Assembly (NCBI GenBank): GCA_020348345.1
Contig: CP070748.1
Coordinates: 1,503,682 to 1,567,681, forward strand
Length of the DNA stretch: 64,000 nucleotides
Reading direction: 5' to 3'
Origin: Methanobacteriota archaeon
GTDB lineage: Archaea > Thermoplasmatota > Thermoplasmata > UBA10834
Positions 1 to 8,532 of the stretch are shown here, piece after piece. The notes beneath the pieces were generated by a model. It was not told the origin of the DNA. It ran no database searches and worked only from the letters and a program-made list of their open reading frames with translations. A program made the position numbers and the translations under genes. Position 1 is the first letter of the stretch, and each line of letters opens with the position of its first letter.

Positions 1-111
1 GTTGTCGGCGATGTCGCTGGTTTGGAACAGAACCTGAGGAGCCTGTCAGGTCGAGTGAAGAGGATAGAGGATTACCTCATCTCCGTATCGCGAGCTCGAA
101 GAGCGCGCTGA
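1..111 (+). CDS. 3' end of an unidentified CDS entering from upstream of the window
   Basis: Frame 1 is open from base 1 to TGA at 109-111 (VVGDVAGLEQNLRSLSGRVKRIEDYLISVSRARRAR*). Too short for the ORF track. No family recognised. Confidence 0.2.
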   Translation, partial: VVGDVAGLEQNLRSLSGRVKRIEDYLISVSRARRAR

Positions 112-134
112 TGTCTATACATTCCCACGAATGG

Positions 135-662
135 TTACAGCTGAACGGTCAGATCTTCCTTGCGCCGTTCGAGAATAAGATATGTGTTGCTCCTCTCGAC
201 TTCCTCGATTCTGATGAAGGAGTCGACAATTGATTTCAGCTCATCTCTGGATGACGCTCGCAGCAACACAGCGAAGTCGATGTTGCCCAGCAAGAAATAG
301 ACCGCCCAGACGCCAGATATCTTGGCGAGCTTCTCTCCGATCTTCTTGGAGTAATCGGGGCCATACTTGCCCGTTATCAGCGCTATGGCCAACATCTCCT
401 TGCCAACCTTGACGGGATCGACGCAGGCCTTGAAGCCCGTTATGACGCCTTCATCAAGCAGTCTGTTCACTCGGTAATGAACAGTCGATGAGGAAAGTCC
501 AGTCTTGACTCCTATCTCCTTCAGACTTATCTTGCAATCCTCTTGAAGCATTTTCAAAATGATCTCGTCGTTTTTGTCCAACGTCACAGCATCCTTACTG
601 CCCAAAAGGTCATCCTCCCCAAAATGTTCGAAACGGGTACATGAAATTCGTATTAATAACAT
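135..662 (-). CDS. Lrp/AsnC family transcriptional regulator
   Basis: Track ORF 135..764. AsnC-type HTH (LDKNDEIILKMLQEDCKISLKEIGVKTGLSSSTVHYRVNRLLDEGVI) followed by a RAM-like C-terminal domain. Start placed at the internal ATG (M35) because the first 34 aa look non-homologous; start uncertain. Confidence 0.85.
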   Translation of the reverse strand: MLLIRISCTRFEHFGEDDLLGSKDAVTLDKNDEIILKMLQEDCKISLKEIGVKTGLSSSTVHYRVNRLLDEGVITGFKACVDPVKVGKEMLAIALITGKYGPDYSKKIGEKLAKISGVWAVYFLLGNIDFAVLLRASSRDELKSIVDSFIRIEEVERSNTYLILERRKEDLTVQL

Positions 663-858
663 TTTCGCAAGGCTATGGTCGAACTGAACGTGGTTCGAGC
701 ATGGCTCATCGGGCAGCCGTGGCTGACCAAACTCGATATGATGTGCAGGTGCTGCTTGATACATTCATCAGATTGTCTGCGAAACGCAGATTATCAGAGC
801 CTGAATCCGTTCCGCAAGGGTAAAATAGCACTCGTGGTCGTTGTGTACGCTGATAGAC

Positions 859-1566
859 ATGAAACACACAATCACTGGAGACAATCTCCAGTTCGTCAAC
901 TGCGAGATCATGCCCGGCGAGTTGGTGTTCGCCGAAGCAGGCACAATGACCTACATGAGTTCGAACATAAACATGACAGCAAGAGCGCGCGGCGGGCTTA
1001 TGGCTGGCCTGAAACGCAAGATGACCGGAGAATCGTTCTTCGTGACCGAGTTCACCCCGTCAGGGGGGGCCGGTGTTGTCGCATTCGCGGGCAACGTGCC
1101 GGGGAAGATAAGAGCCCTTGATCTCAGAGGGGGCAAGGTTTGGCTCGTCCAGAAGGACGCCTTCCTATGCGCTGAGGGCGCTGTCACGCTCGACATCGCG
1201 TTCCAGAAGAGGCTGGGCACAATCTTCTTCGGAGGAGAGGGATTGATAATTCAGAAGCTGTCGGGTGAGGGCATGGTCTTTGTCCACGGATCCGGCGACT
1301 TCATCGAGATGAACCTGAAGCCAGGCGAGGTGATGAGAGTGAGCACTGGCAACGTTGTCGGCTGGGAGGAGACAGTGCAGTATAGCATCGAGAGCGTCGG
1401 CTCAATAAAGAGCGCTCTGTTCGGGGGGGAAGGCCTGTTCGTTACCACGCTGACGGGACCCGGCAAGGTCATACTGCAATCATTGACGCTTCCCAAGCTC
1501 GCTGGAGCACTCATACCCTTCCTGCCGAGGCAACAGAGCAGCGGCTCAGGTTTCACCATTCGCTGA
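859..1566 (+). CDS. AIM24 / DUF124 (TIGR00266) family protein
   Basis: Track ORF 841..1566 (TTG). The internal ATG at 859 gives MKHTITGDNLQFV.... Characteristic blocks include GESFFVTEF, VAFAG, GGEGLIIQKLSGEGMVFVHGSG and GGEGLFVTTLTGPGKVILQS. Confidence 0.8.
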   Translation: MKHTITGDNLQFVNCEIMPGELVFAEAGTMTYMSSNINMTARARGGLMAGLKRKMTGESFFVTEFTPSGGAGVVAFAGNVPGKIRALDLRGGKVWLVQKDAFLCAEGAVTLDIAFQKRLGTIFFGGEGLIIQKLSGEGMVFVHGSGDFIEMNLKPGEVMRVSTGNVVGWEETVQYSIESVGSIKSALFGGEGLFVTTLTGPGKVILQSLTLPKLAGALIPFLPRQQSSGSGFTIR

Positions 1567-1576
1567 GGCGACTCTG

Positions 1577-1825
1577 ATGAGCAGGATCACCGCTGTACTG
1601 GTACTGCTCGCAATCATATGTGCGGCGATATTGGCGCTGGAATGGCTCGGAGTGATTGCATCGATCATAGCCTTGATCGGCCTTGCAGCTCTGGTCATAC
1701 TCATCCTGGTTGCGGTGGCTGTATCGGTCATAGTGTTGTTGAGCATTCCGTATTTCTTCATAACGAAGAAGATGGAGGTGAAGGACGGATCCTTCACCCT
1801 CGACAGGCTTGAGGAGGACGAGTGA
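1577..1825 (+). CDS. small integral membrane protein, unknown function
   Basis: 82-aa ORF 10 nt after the AIM24 gene. About 60 aa of continuous hydrophobic sequence (2 predicted TM helices), then an acidic tail. Confidence 0.45.
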   Translation: MSRITAVLVLLAIICAAILALEWLGVIASIIALIGLAALVILILVAVAVSVIVLLSIPYFFITKKMEVKDGSFTLDRLEEDE

Positions 1826-1845
1826 CCCCTTTCCGCTCGCTGGTG

Positions 1846-3009
1846 CTAAATGAAGGCTCCGATGGTGGGCAGGTCTAGCATATCCATATCGAAGAAGATC
1901 ACGCCTTCTCTTATCTCATCGCGACCCAGACTGTCTGCGCCTGCAAGCTGGGCCATCAAAGAAGCTCTCCACCAGAGGTCGATGGCGCTGTTCGCTATGG
2001 CTCCTATGTAGACTTGACCGAAATTGAACTCGTAGCCCTCCAAATCGCAAAGGTATGCCGCATGACCGAGGAAACAGTCCCTGGCGTTGACGATATCGAT
2101 GTACCTCTGCAGCGCTCTTCGTCCGCGAGTCGTCAGTGGTAGAAGATCGACTGATGTCGGGTCTATCTTGCAGAACTCTCTGGTTTCTCCCGAATCTTCA
2201 AGCTCCCAGCCGATGATCGAACCTCCCTTCAGTCTGAATAGCTTCCATGATAGATCCGGGGCGACGTAGACCGGCAGATGACTCAAGTCCGCCAGGTCGA
2301 ACAGTTCAACTCCGTCGATCAACGCCCGCTGATGAATGTCCGCTTCTGGCTCCGCTTCCCTGACGGCTCTGACGAGGTCGGCAGGCGGCGAGTCCTGCGC
2401 TGTGTTGCCGTATTCTGCATAGGTCATCAGACGGCTGAGGCCGATGTCATCGGTCAGCTCGTCCCCCAGGATAGAGACTGCTCCTCTGACCGATGCGGTA
2501 GATTGGCTTACCGAAGCGTCATTGGCGTTGTTCTCGAATTGCGCGAATACCTTCGCGGCGGAGGACAGCTCCCTCGATAGCCTCCTATTCCCGTATTCGG
2601 AAAGAAGCTCGATTCCCAGCGATGAAAGGTCAACGCCGGGCAGATCTAATCCTCGACACGAAAGGTTCGCATTGAGCTGAATTCTCCAGCCCACGAAGAC
2701 GTTCAAGGGGAAGGTTCTGCAGAAGTGTGGTCTGCGGTCGTAGATGCTGCATCGTCTTTCCGTGAGGAAGTGACAAGCACCGTGGCTTCCCTTCAATCGC
2801 AGCGCTGCCCCTCTCACGTCGGGCGATATGTGTGCGCTCACGACCCCTCTTCTGAGATCAGGGTCGCCGTTGAATACTCTCTCCTCATTAGGAAGGAGCT
2901 CTGGCTGACAGAGGCAGCACAGAGCACACCCTTCTATGCACGAATAGGTGCGCCCCTCCAGTTCGGTCAGATCAGGTTTCGGAATCACTCCCGCTCTCTC
3001 GCTTGCCAA
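1846..3009 (-). CDS. YkgJ-type CxxCxxCC cysteine-cluster protein with a long uncharacterised C-terminal region
   Basis: N-terminus has CIEGCALCCLC ... GACHFL...RCSIYDRRPHFCRTFP, the UPF0153/YkgJ pattern. The remaining ~270 aa are not recognised. Overlaps the pyrC 3' end by 38 nt, so the start is uncertain. Confidence 0.55.
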   Translation of the reverse strand: MASERAGVIPKPDLTELEGRTYSCIEGCALCCLCQPELLPNEERVFNGDPDLRRGVVSAHISPDVRGAALRLKGSHGACHFLTERRCSIYDRRPHFCRTFPLNVFVGWRIQLNANLSCRGLDLPGVDLSSLGIELLSEYGNRRLSRELSSAAKVFAQFENNANDASVSQSTASVRGAVSILGDELTDDIGLSRLMTYAEYGNTAQDSPPADLVRAVREAEPEADIHQRALIDGVELFDLADLSHLPVYVAPDLSWKLFRLKGGSIIGWELEDSGETREFCKIDPTSVDLLPLTTRGRRALQRYIDIVNARDCFLGHAAYLCDLEGYEFNFGQVYIGAIANSAIDLWWRASLMAQLAGADSLGRDEIREGVIFFDMDMLDLPTIGAFI

Positions 3010-4261
3010 CGACGTCCCTTCCAGCGCGTTCTCCCACCAGGGAGCCGTTCTCCATCATGATCTCCCCTCTTAAGAAGACCGCCCTAGGGAAGATTCCAGA
3101 TGTGCCCTCATATGGTGTCCAAGCGCATCTGGAGTGCAGCATGTCGGCCTTTATCTCCGTGCTCTTGGTCAGATCTACCACCATCAGATCGGCGTCCCTT
3201 TCGAGATCGATTCTCCCCTTGTTCAGGCCGAAGACTTCAGCGGGTCTCTCGCTCAGCGCCCCGACGAAAGTCTGGATTGTGACGTGCCTGTCCTTAACGA
3301 GCTGCAGCATCAGCGGGACCATCGTCTCCACACCAGGCATACCACAAGGCGCAAAGTCGAAGTCCTCTTCCTTCTCGTCAACGGTATGTGGGGCGTGGTC
3401 TGAGGCGATGATATCCAAAGCTCCGTTGTTGAGCCCATTGAACAACGCCTGCCTATCCTCTCTCTTCCTCAAGGGTGGGTTGACCTTCCCAAACGCTCCG
3501 AGCTTCGAGTCCACGTCAAGGAGGAGATGGTGGGGCGTTACCTCGGAAGTCAAGTCTCTCGCTCCTCCAATGATCTGAAGAGATTCCCTGGCAGAAACGT
3601 GGCAAACGTGTCTCTTGAGGTTTCTGATGGCTATGTCAGTCAGCTTCCTGATAGCACTCTTCTCGCATTCGTTTGGTCTGTTTCTCAGGTGGTCGCTCAG
3701 CGATCCTTCCGCGCCCTTCTTCCTCAGCGCCTCATCCTCCGCGTGTATTGCGAGCACTTTTCCAGACGACGCGACTTCATCGAGCTCGGTCCTTACAGTA
3801 TCGAACGATGGTACTCTGAGACCGCCTGTCGTTCCAGCCATGTACAATTTGAATCCGACTGCTCCCGCTGATAATCCTCTCACATCGCATCCGGGAACGA
3901 TGCCCGCAAACAGGCCGAAGTCGGCGAAGCTCCTGGACTCTGCAACCGCAGCCTTCTCCTGCAGAGCCTTGACAGTCGTCGTGGGTGGGTTCGTGTTAGG
4001 CATGTCCAGCACGCAGGTCACTCCGCCGTGCAGCGCTGACAGCGTTCCTGAAGCGAAGTCCTCCTTGTGAGTAGCGCCAGGATCGCGCATGTGGACGTGC
4101 GAGTCCACCGCAGAAGGCAGTATCAGCTTGCTCCCATAGTCGAACACTTGGTCGCCGTCGAGATCGCCCGAGATATCCGCTATTCTGCCGTTCACGATGC
4201 CCACGCATCGCTCGGCAAGTCGGCCATTGATGTAGCACCTGCCCTTAACGACTACATCCAT
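2972..4261 (-). CDS. pyrC: dihydroorotase
   Basis: 429 aa. Amidohydrolase metal motifs DSHVHMRDPG, VLDMPNT, HAED and ASDHAPH. Length and motifs fit archaeal PyrC; an allantoinase or hydantoinase relative is not fully excluded. Confidence 0.8.
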   Translation of the reverse strand: MDVVVKGRCYINGRLAERCVGIVNGRIADISGDLDGDQVFDYGSKLILPSAVDSHVHMRDPGATHKEDFASGTLSALHGGVTCVLDMPNTNPPTTTVKALQEKAAVAESRSFADFGLFAGIVPGCDVRGLSAGAVGFKLYMAGTTGGLRVPSFDTVRTELDEVASSGKVLAIHAEDEALRKKGAEGSLSDHLRNRPNECEKSAIRKLTDIAIRNLKRHVCHVSARESLQIIGGARDLTSEVTPHHLLLDVDSKLGAFGKVNPPLRKREDRQALFNGLNNGALDIIASDHAPHTVDEKEEDFDFAPCGMPGVETMVPLMLQLVKDRHVTIQTFVGALSERPAEVFGLNKGRIDLERDADLMVVDLTKSTEIKADMLHSRCAWTPYEGTSGIFPRAVFLRGEIMMENGSLVGERAGRDVVGKRESGSDSET

Positions 4262-4871
4262 GCCGCTCCCTCAGATCCCTTCTGACGATATTGCCACGGG
4301 GTTCCGTTTCTGAGAACACCTCTGCTCTGAACCTGAAGACTCTTGTGTCGGGCATCAACCAGGCATCAGGTCCGACGCCAGCCTTCATGCATGTCTGGCA
4401 GAGGAACTCCTCCGGATCCCAGTTCCATTCAACCGGCACCTGGGGTAGAAGAAGCCCCCTCGCTCCGCCTCTCTCCACTATCAGGCCGTCCTCGCCCACG
4501 CTGATCTGCTCGGGCAGGCTGGACTGCTCCTCCGTGACGATCTCTTCCGGAGGGGTGAGCAGGCTGACCTCGACCGTGATTCTGTCGAGCTCATCGACGC
4601 TCACCGGTGGAAAACGCGGATCCCTAGAGGCTGCGCTTATTGCAGACTCAGTCAGCGCCCTCATCAGAGGCGCCACCGGCTCAGGGTAGCCTATGCAGCC
4701 ACGCAGCTCGTCTCCTGGATGGGTTGAGAGCGTGACAAACACTCCAGATTTCTTCTCAAAGGCGCTGGGCGCGTCGACCTCGGACGGCCTCTCATTGCGA
4801 ACATGCCCTTCGACAGCGCTTCTCGCAATGACGACCGCAATTCTTCCCTCATCGTCGGAGAACGAGGTCAT
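4245..4871 (-). CDS. AMMECR1 domain protein
   Basis: GVFVTL...LRGCIGYPEP...SAASRDPRFPPV...VEVSLLTPP...GLLLPQV is the AMMECR1 signature. Confidence 0.85.
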   Translation of the reverse strand: MTSFSDDEGRIAVVIARSAVEGHVRNERPSEVDAPSAFEKKSGVFVTLSTHPGDELRGCIGYPEPVAPLMRALTESAISAASRDPRFPPVSVDELDRITVEVSLLTPPEEIVTEEQSSLPEQISVGEDGLIVERGGARGLLLPQVPVEWNWDPEEFLCQTCMKAGVGPDAWLMPDTRVFRFRAEVFSETEPRGNIVRRDLRERHGCSR

Positions 4872-4963
4872 GTCGCCGCCGTATGGGGTCGAGGAAATAA
4901 GTACCTTTCAACATGTTGGGGGCAACGTCTCGCGCCCGCTCTGCCAGACAGGTGCACTTCGAA

Positions 4964-4980
4964 CCAAAGGTTAAATAATC
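4964..4980 (+). promoter_or_regulatory. BRE/TATA-like element upstream of the V4R gene
   Basis: CCAAAGGTTAAATAATC is centred ~33 nt upstream of ATG 5008. The same CCAAAG-N-TT(T/A)A(T/A)A(T/A)AA pattern occurs at 37204 and 60583. Implies a very short leader. Confidence 0.35.
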
Positions 4981-5007
4981 TCTATACGAATCCACGAGAA
5001 GGACCGC

Positions 5008-5421
5008 ATGAAATTCGTCAAGTATTCACAGTCTGAGTTCGAGGAGATTCGTAGGCTTTACGAGAGCGTCATGGCACAAGCGTGCCATGGACTGTTCTTC
5101 AGAGAGGGCATGATACTTGGTGAAGAGATTTCGAAGATCGCATTGCAGGAGCCCGACAAGTACTTCGAGATCTGTGCAAATCTCTTGCGCGCGAAGGGAT
5201 GGGTCGACAACGTGGTCTTCCAGGAGTCGAGCGTCGTCGTCGAGGGCTCCTTTGAGATATGCACTTCGTCTGACGACGCCACGTGCCACCGGCTGCGAGG
5301 CATCGTGCGCAGGATGTATGAAGGGCGCTTGCGGAAACGGATGCACTGTGAGGAGATTGAGTGCACCAGCAGAGGAGACAAACACTGCGTCTTCAAGGTG
5401 GAACCTGTGGGAGGGGACTGA
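5008..5421 (+). CDS. V4R (4-vinyl reductase) domain protein
   Basis: 137 aa. C-terminal V4R signature TCHRLRG...EEIECTSRGDKHCVFKV. Paralogous motif to the N-terminal half of ORF 18336..19268. Confidence 0.75.
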   Translation: MKFVKYSQSEFEEIRRLYESVMAQACHGLFFREGMILGEEISKIALQEPDKYFEICANLLRAKGWVDNVVFQESSVVVEGSFEICTSSDDATCHRLRGIVRRMYEGRLRKRMHCEEIECTSRGDKHCVFKVEPVGGD

Positions 5422-5770
5422 AACGGAGCTAAAACCGGCGCTGCGCCAACTCAGGGATGAATTCGGAGCCTTCGCTTCCGCAATCGTGAGCCGAGACGGC
5501 TTGATAATGGCTGGCGACATACCCGATGACATTTCGGGCGAAACCTTCGGCATAATGTGTGCCACGCTCCTCGGAGCCGCATCGACCGCGCACTCGGAGC
5601 TCAAGGTCGGCACTCCGCACGGCATCGTGGTCGAGAGCGACGATGCCATGATGATCGTCGTGGGCGCCGGAAGAAAGGCTCTCATCGTCTCCGCCATGCC
5701 GCGCGAGGTCGATTGTGACGCGGCGAGGAAGAAGCTAGAGGAGTTCGCGGAGACGATAAAGCTCATCTGA
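5348..5770 (+). CDS. Roadblock/LC7 (MglB-fold) domain protein; start codon unresolved
   Basis: Distal part of track ORF 5117..5770. LRQLRDEFGAFASAIVSRDGLIMAGDIPDDISGETFGIMCATLLGAASTA...IVVESDDAMMIVVGAG fits Roadblock/LC7. In-frame starts are ATG 5318, GTG 5348 and TTG 5357. All lie inside the V4R gene. Confidence 0.65.
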   Translation: MRRLSAPAEETNTASSRWNLWEGTETELKPALRQLRDEFGAFASAIVSRDGLIMAGDIPDDISGETFGIMCATLLGAASTAHSELKVGTPHGIVVESDDAMMIVVGAGRKALIVSAMPREVDCDAARKKLEEFAETIKLI

Positions 5771-5827
5771 AGGATGCTGATCTGGCTCCGCTGATACTAA
5801 TCATCCGCGACGTATCGTTATCGCATT

Positions 5828-7657
5828 TCACGTCAGATCCAACTCTTTGAGTTTATCGGGGGAAGGTTCTCCATCAGCGCTCCACTTACGAGCTGCCATG
5901 TAATCGTCCAACATCTTGTTCATCTGCTCAGAGGTGATCAGGCTGCCCTCAGATGGGCCATCGGGTATGGGATCCTCCAACACCCTGGGTGGAAGTAGCC
6001 AATCATTTCTGGTCACACCCTCTCGATGGTTGAAATGTCCTTTCATGTTGTGGATCCTTTCACCGATCTCCAGCAGCTCGTCCTCTGTGAAGCTCAATCC
6101 CGTGATTGCCTCTATGACCTCGGAGAGCTTATCGATTAGGAAGAATCCTCTCGAGAACTTGCATAGGCCCACCGAATCGTACACGCACATGAAATTCTCC
6201 ATAACAGCAACCATCGCGCCCTTGCCTTCGGGCGACTGACGGTCGATGCCTTCCCAACGCCAGAACTTTCCAACCAGCTCGGGGGCGTAGAAGCCCGCGC
6301 GCAGATGGCAGGCCCCTCTCGTCGAGGTCATGTATGCCAGTCCGTGGCCCTTCATTCCTCTGACGTCGTAGGCCGGCGGTTCCATGCCCTTGGTGTGCAT
6401 CGCATACCGTTCCGCCCCCTTGCCGATTCTCTCTGCGGCGCGTTTGACACCATCGGCGAGTATGTCTCCCAACCCTTCGCGCTTCCCTATGAGCTCAAGC
6501 ATCTGCGGGACGGCATCCTCGGCGTTGTCGAAGGTGAGCCTCATGCCGGCCTCTTCTTCCGTCAATATGCCTCTCTGCACGAGCTCCATGGCGAATCCAA
6601 TCGCAACGCCCGCCGATATTGTGTCCATACCAAAAACGTCGCATATCTCATTCCCGCGAGCAGCTGACTCTATGCTCGCGTTGCCGCACGCGCTGCCCAG
6701 TGAGTACAACGTCTCGTACTCCAGCCCGTCGATCGCGACTCCAGCGAACTTGCCGCTGTCGATCTCGAACAGCTTGCCACAGGGCTTGGTGCACGCGAAA
6801 CACGCCTTGTTCTTGCTCACGTACTTCGGGGCCCAGTAGTATGGATCTATCTTCTCTCTCGAATCGAACACGCCGGACTGCCAATTCCTGGTGGGAAAGA
6901 CTCCTTTCTCCTTGTTTATCCATCCCAGAAACTCCCCCGTGCCGTACACAGTATCCTCTTTGAACGAAGGCGCGTTCTCCATGATGTCCTGATATCTCAA
7001 TGCGAGTTCCAACAGCTTCTTTGGATCGGCTGGCTCTAGGTCCTTCGTGCCTCTTATGGCTATGGCTTTGAGATTCTTCGACGCCATGACCGCCCCAAGT
7101 CCGCCCCTTCCCGCCTGTCTCTCCTCACAGTCGATGCAGGCGAAGCGAACGAGTTTCTCTCCTGCGACGCCTATGCAGGCGATCTTGACGTCCCAGCCGA
7201 GATCCTTCTTCAGCAACTCGGGGACCTCGCGAGTACTCTTCCCCCAGAGACTGGACGCGTCCTCGATTTCAGCACTGTCATCGTCGATGAAGATGTATGA
7301 AGGGCTCTCCGCTCTGCCAGTTATCTCGAGGGCGTCGTATCCGGCATGTCTGAGCTCAGCACCGATCACTCCGCCCATGATGCTCTCCACGAGTGTTCCC
7401 GTAAGAGGCGATTTCGCTGCGAACGCTGTCTTCCCTCCTGTGGGAACTGGGAAGCCGGCGAACAACCCGCCTGCCATTGCCAAGACGTTCTCAGGCGCCA
7501 AGGCATCGGCGCCTTCCGGCATGCCATGGTATACAAGCTCGACGGCGAATCCCTGTCCCCCCAGATACTTCCTGACATACCTCTCGTCGATAGTTCTTAC
7601 GGACGATTTGCCGCTTGTCAGGTCTATCCTGAGGATTCTGCCATGATACGCTTTCAT
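5828..7657 (-). CDS. aor: tungsten-type aldehyde:ferredoxin oxidoreductase
   Basis: 609 aa. N-terminus MKAYHGRILRIDLTSGK, plus an AFOR N-domain and Mo/W-pterin and 4Fe-4S Cys motifs (CxxC...C). Typical AOR-family length. Confidence 0.9.
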   Translation of the reverse strand: MKAYHGRILRIDLTSGKSSVRTIDERYVRKYLGGQGFAVELVYHGMPEGADALAPENVLAMAGGLFAGFPVPTGGKTAFAAKSPLTGTLVESIMGGVIGAELRHAGYDALEITGRAESPSYIFIDDDSAEIEDASSLWGKSTREVPELLKKDLGWDVKIACIGVAGEKLVRFACIDCEERQAGRGGLGAVMASKNLKAIAIRGTKDLEPADPKKLLELALRYQDIMENAPSFKEDTVYGTGEFLGWINKEKGVFPTRNWQSGVFDSREKIDPYYWAPKYVSKNKACFACTKPCGKLFEIDSGKFAGVAIDGLEYETLYSLGSACGNASIESAARGNEICDVFGMDTISAGVAIGFAMELVQRGILTEEEAGMRLTFDNAEDAVPQMLELIGKREGLGDILADGVKRAAERIGKGAERYAMHTKGMEPPAYDVRGMKGHGLAYMTSTRGACHLRAGFYAPELVGKFWRWEGIDRQSPEGKGAMVAVMENFMCVYDSVGLCKFSRGFFLIDKLSEVIEAITGLSFTEDELLEIGERIHNMKGHFNHREGVTRNDWLLPPRVLEDPIPDGPSEGSLITSEQMNKMLDDYMAARKWSADGEPSPDKLKELDLT

Positions 7658-8106
7658 GCACCCTCACCCTCCAGGAACTGTCTTACCTTCTCGTATTGCG
7701 CGGCATCGGGCTCCTCATACTTGATCGCGCCCATAGGGCAGAATTTGACGCACGTGGGATCGCCTCCACACAGGTCGCACTTGAATGCCGTCTCCTCCAT
7801 GCGCATGACTCCGAACGGACACGCGTCGACGCATGCGCCACATGCCGTGCATTCATCCTCATCGATTCTAACCAGATCATCCTCGATCTTTATCGCTTCC
7901 ACGGGGCACGCATGGACACAACAATCTTCGCCGCATGCGACGCAGTGCGTGCAGACGGATGGAAAGTCTGTGCGCACGTCCTTCTTGTAAACCTGCAGCC
8001 TGGCATCGGCATGATTGACCTTCCCTTCATGAAACAGGGAACATGCCATCTCGCAGAACCTGCATCCCGTGCATCTGTCGGGATAGGGAACCAACATCTT
8101 CACCAT
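7654..8106 (-). CDS. 4Fe-4S dicluster ferredoxin-domain protein (AOR partner)
   Basis: 150 aa with several CxxCxxCxxxCP motifs. Its stop overlaps the AOR start by 4 nt (ATGA). Confidence 0.8.
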   Translation of the reverse strand: MVKMLVPYPDRCTGCRFCEMACSLFHEGKVNHADARLQVYKKDVRTDFPSVCTHCVACGEDCCVHACPVEAIKIEDDLVRIDEDECTACGACVDACPFGVMRMEETAFKCDLCGGDPTCVKFCPMGAIKYEEPDAAQYEKVRQFLEGEGA

Positions 8107-8199
8107 TTACACAACCTCCTCTCACGGGAGTAGGAAACGGTACGCAATGGAGGACACGTAATAAAGTTCTGCTCTCAGTCCCAGGTCGATATCGGACGT

Positions 8200-8532
8200 C
8201 TACTTCGATTTTCGCTTGATGGGGACTTTCTTCAGTCCTTCTTTGTCCTCGGGCATCTCCTTCTCGATCTCGGTCAAAACAGCGTCAATCATGCTCCTGG
8301 TCGCGAGCAGCACCTCGCGCTCCGCCCTGTGTATGCGCGTCCTCGTCTCCTCAGGCATCTCGAGCTGAGCCACGGCCGCGTTGGCTGCCTGCACGATCTC
8401 CATCCCAGCGCTCACGAAATGCGTCATCGTCTCCTTGCTGGTCATCTTAGTCGCTATCTCTTCGAGGTGCCTTTCGAGCTTTCTTGCCGCCTCCACGCCG
8501 CTTTCGACCTTTTCTCTTGCCAACCTCATCAC
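8200..8532 (-). CDS. hypothetical helical protein downstream of the ArsA-like ATPase
   Basis: 110-aa ORF, helical and charged. The first 29 codons overlap the ArsA 3' end out of frame. An alternative start (MTSKETM, 8445) sits directly after the ArsA stop. Confidence 0.4.
   Translation of the reverse strand: MMRLAREKVESGVEAARKLERHLEEIATKMTSKETMTHFVSAGMEIVQAANAAVAQLEMPEETRTRIHRAEREVLLATRSMIDAVLTEIEKEMPEDKEGLKKVPIKRKSK

Noticed and set aside
5026-5766. 246-aa ORF antisense to the V4R/Roadblock genes
   Set aside because: It has no motifs and is Ser/Ala-rich. The sense strand carries two recognisable domains.
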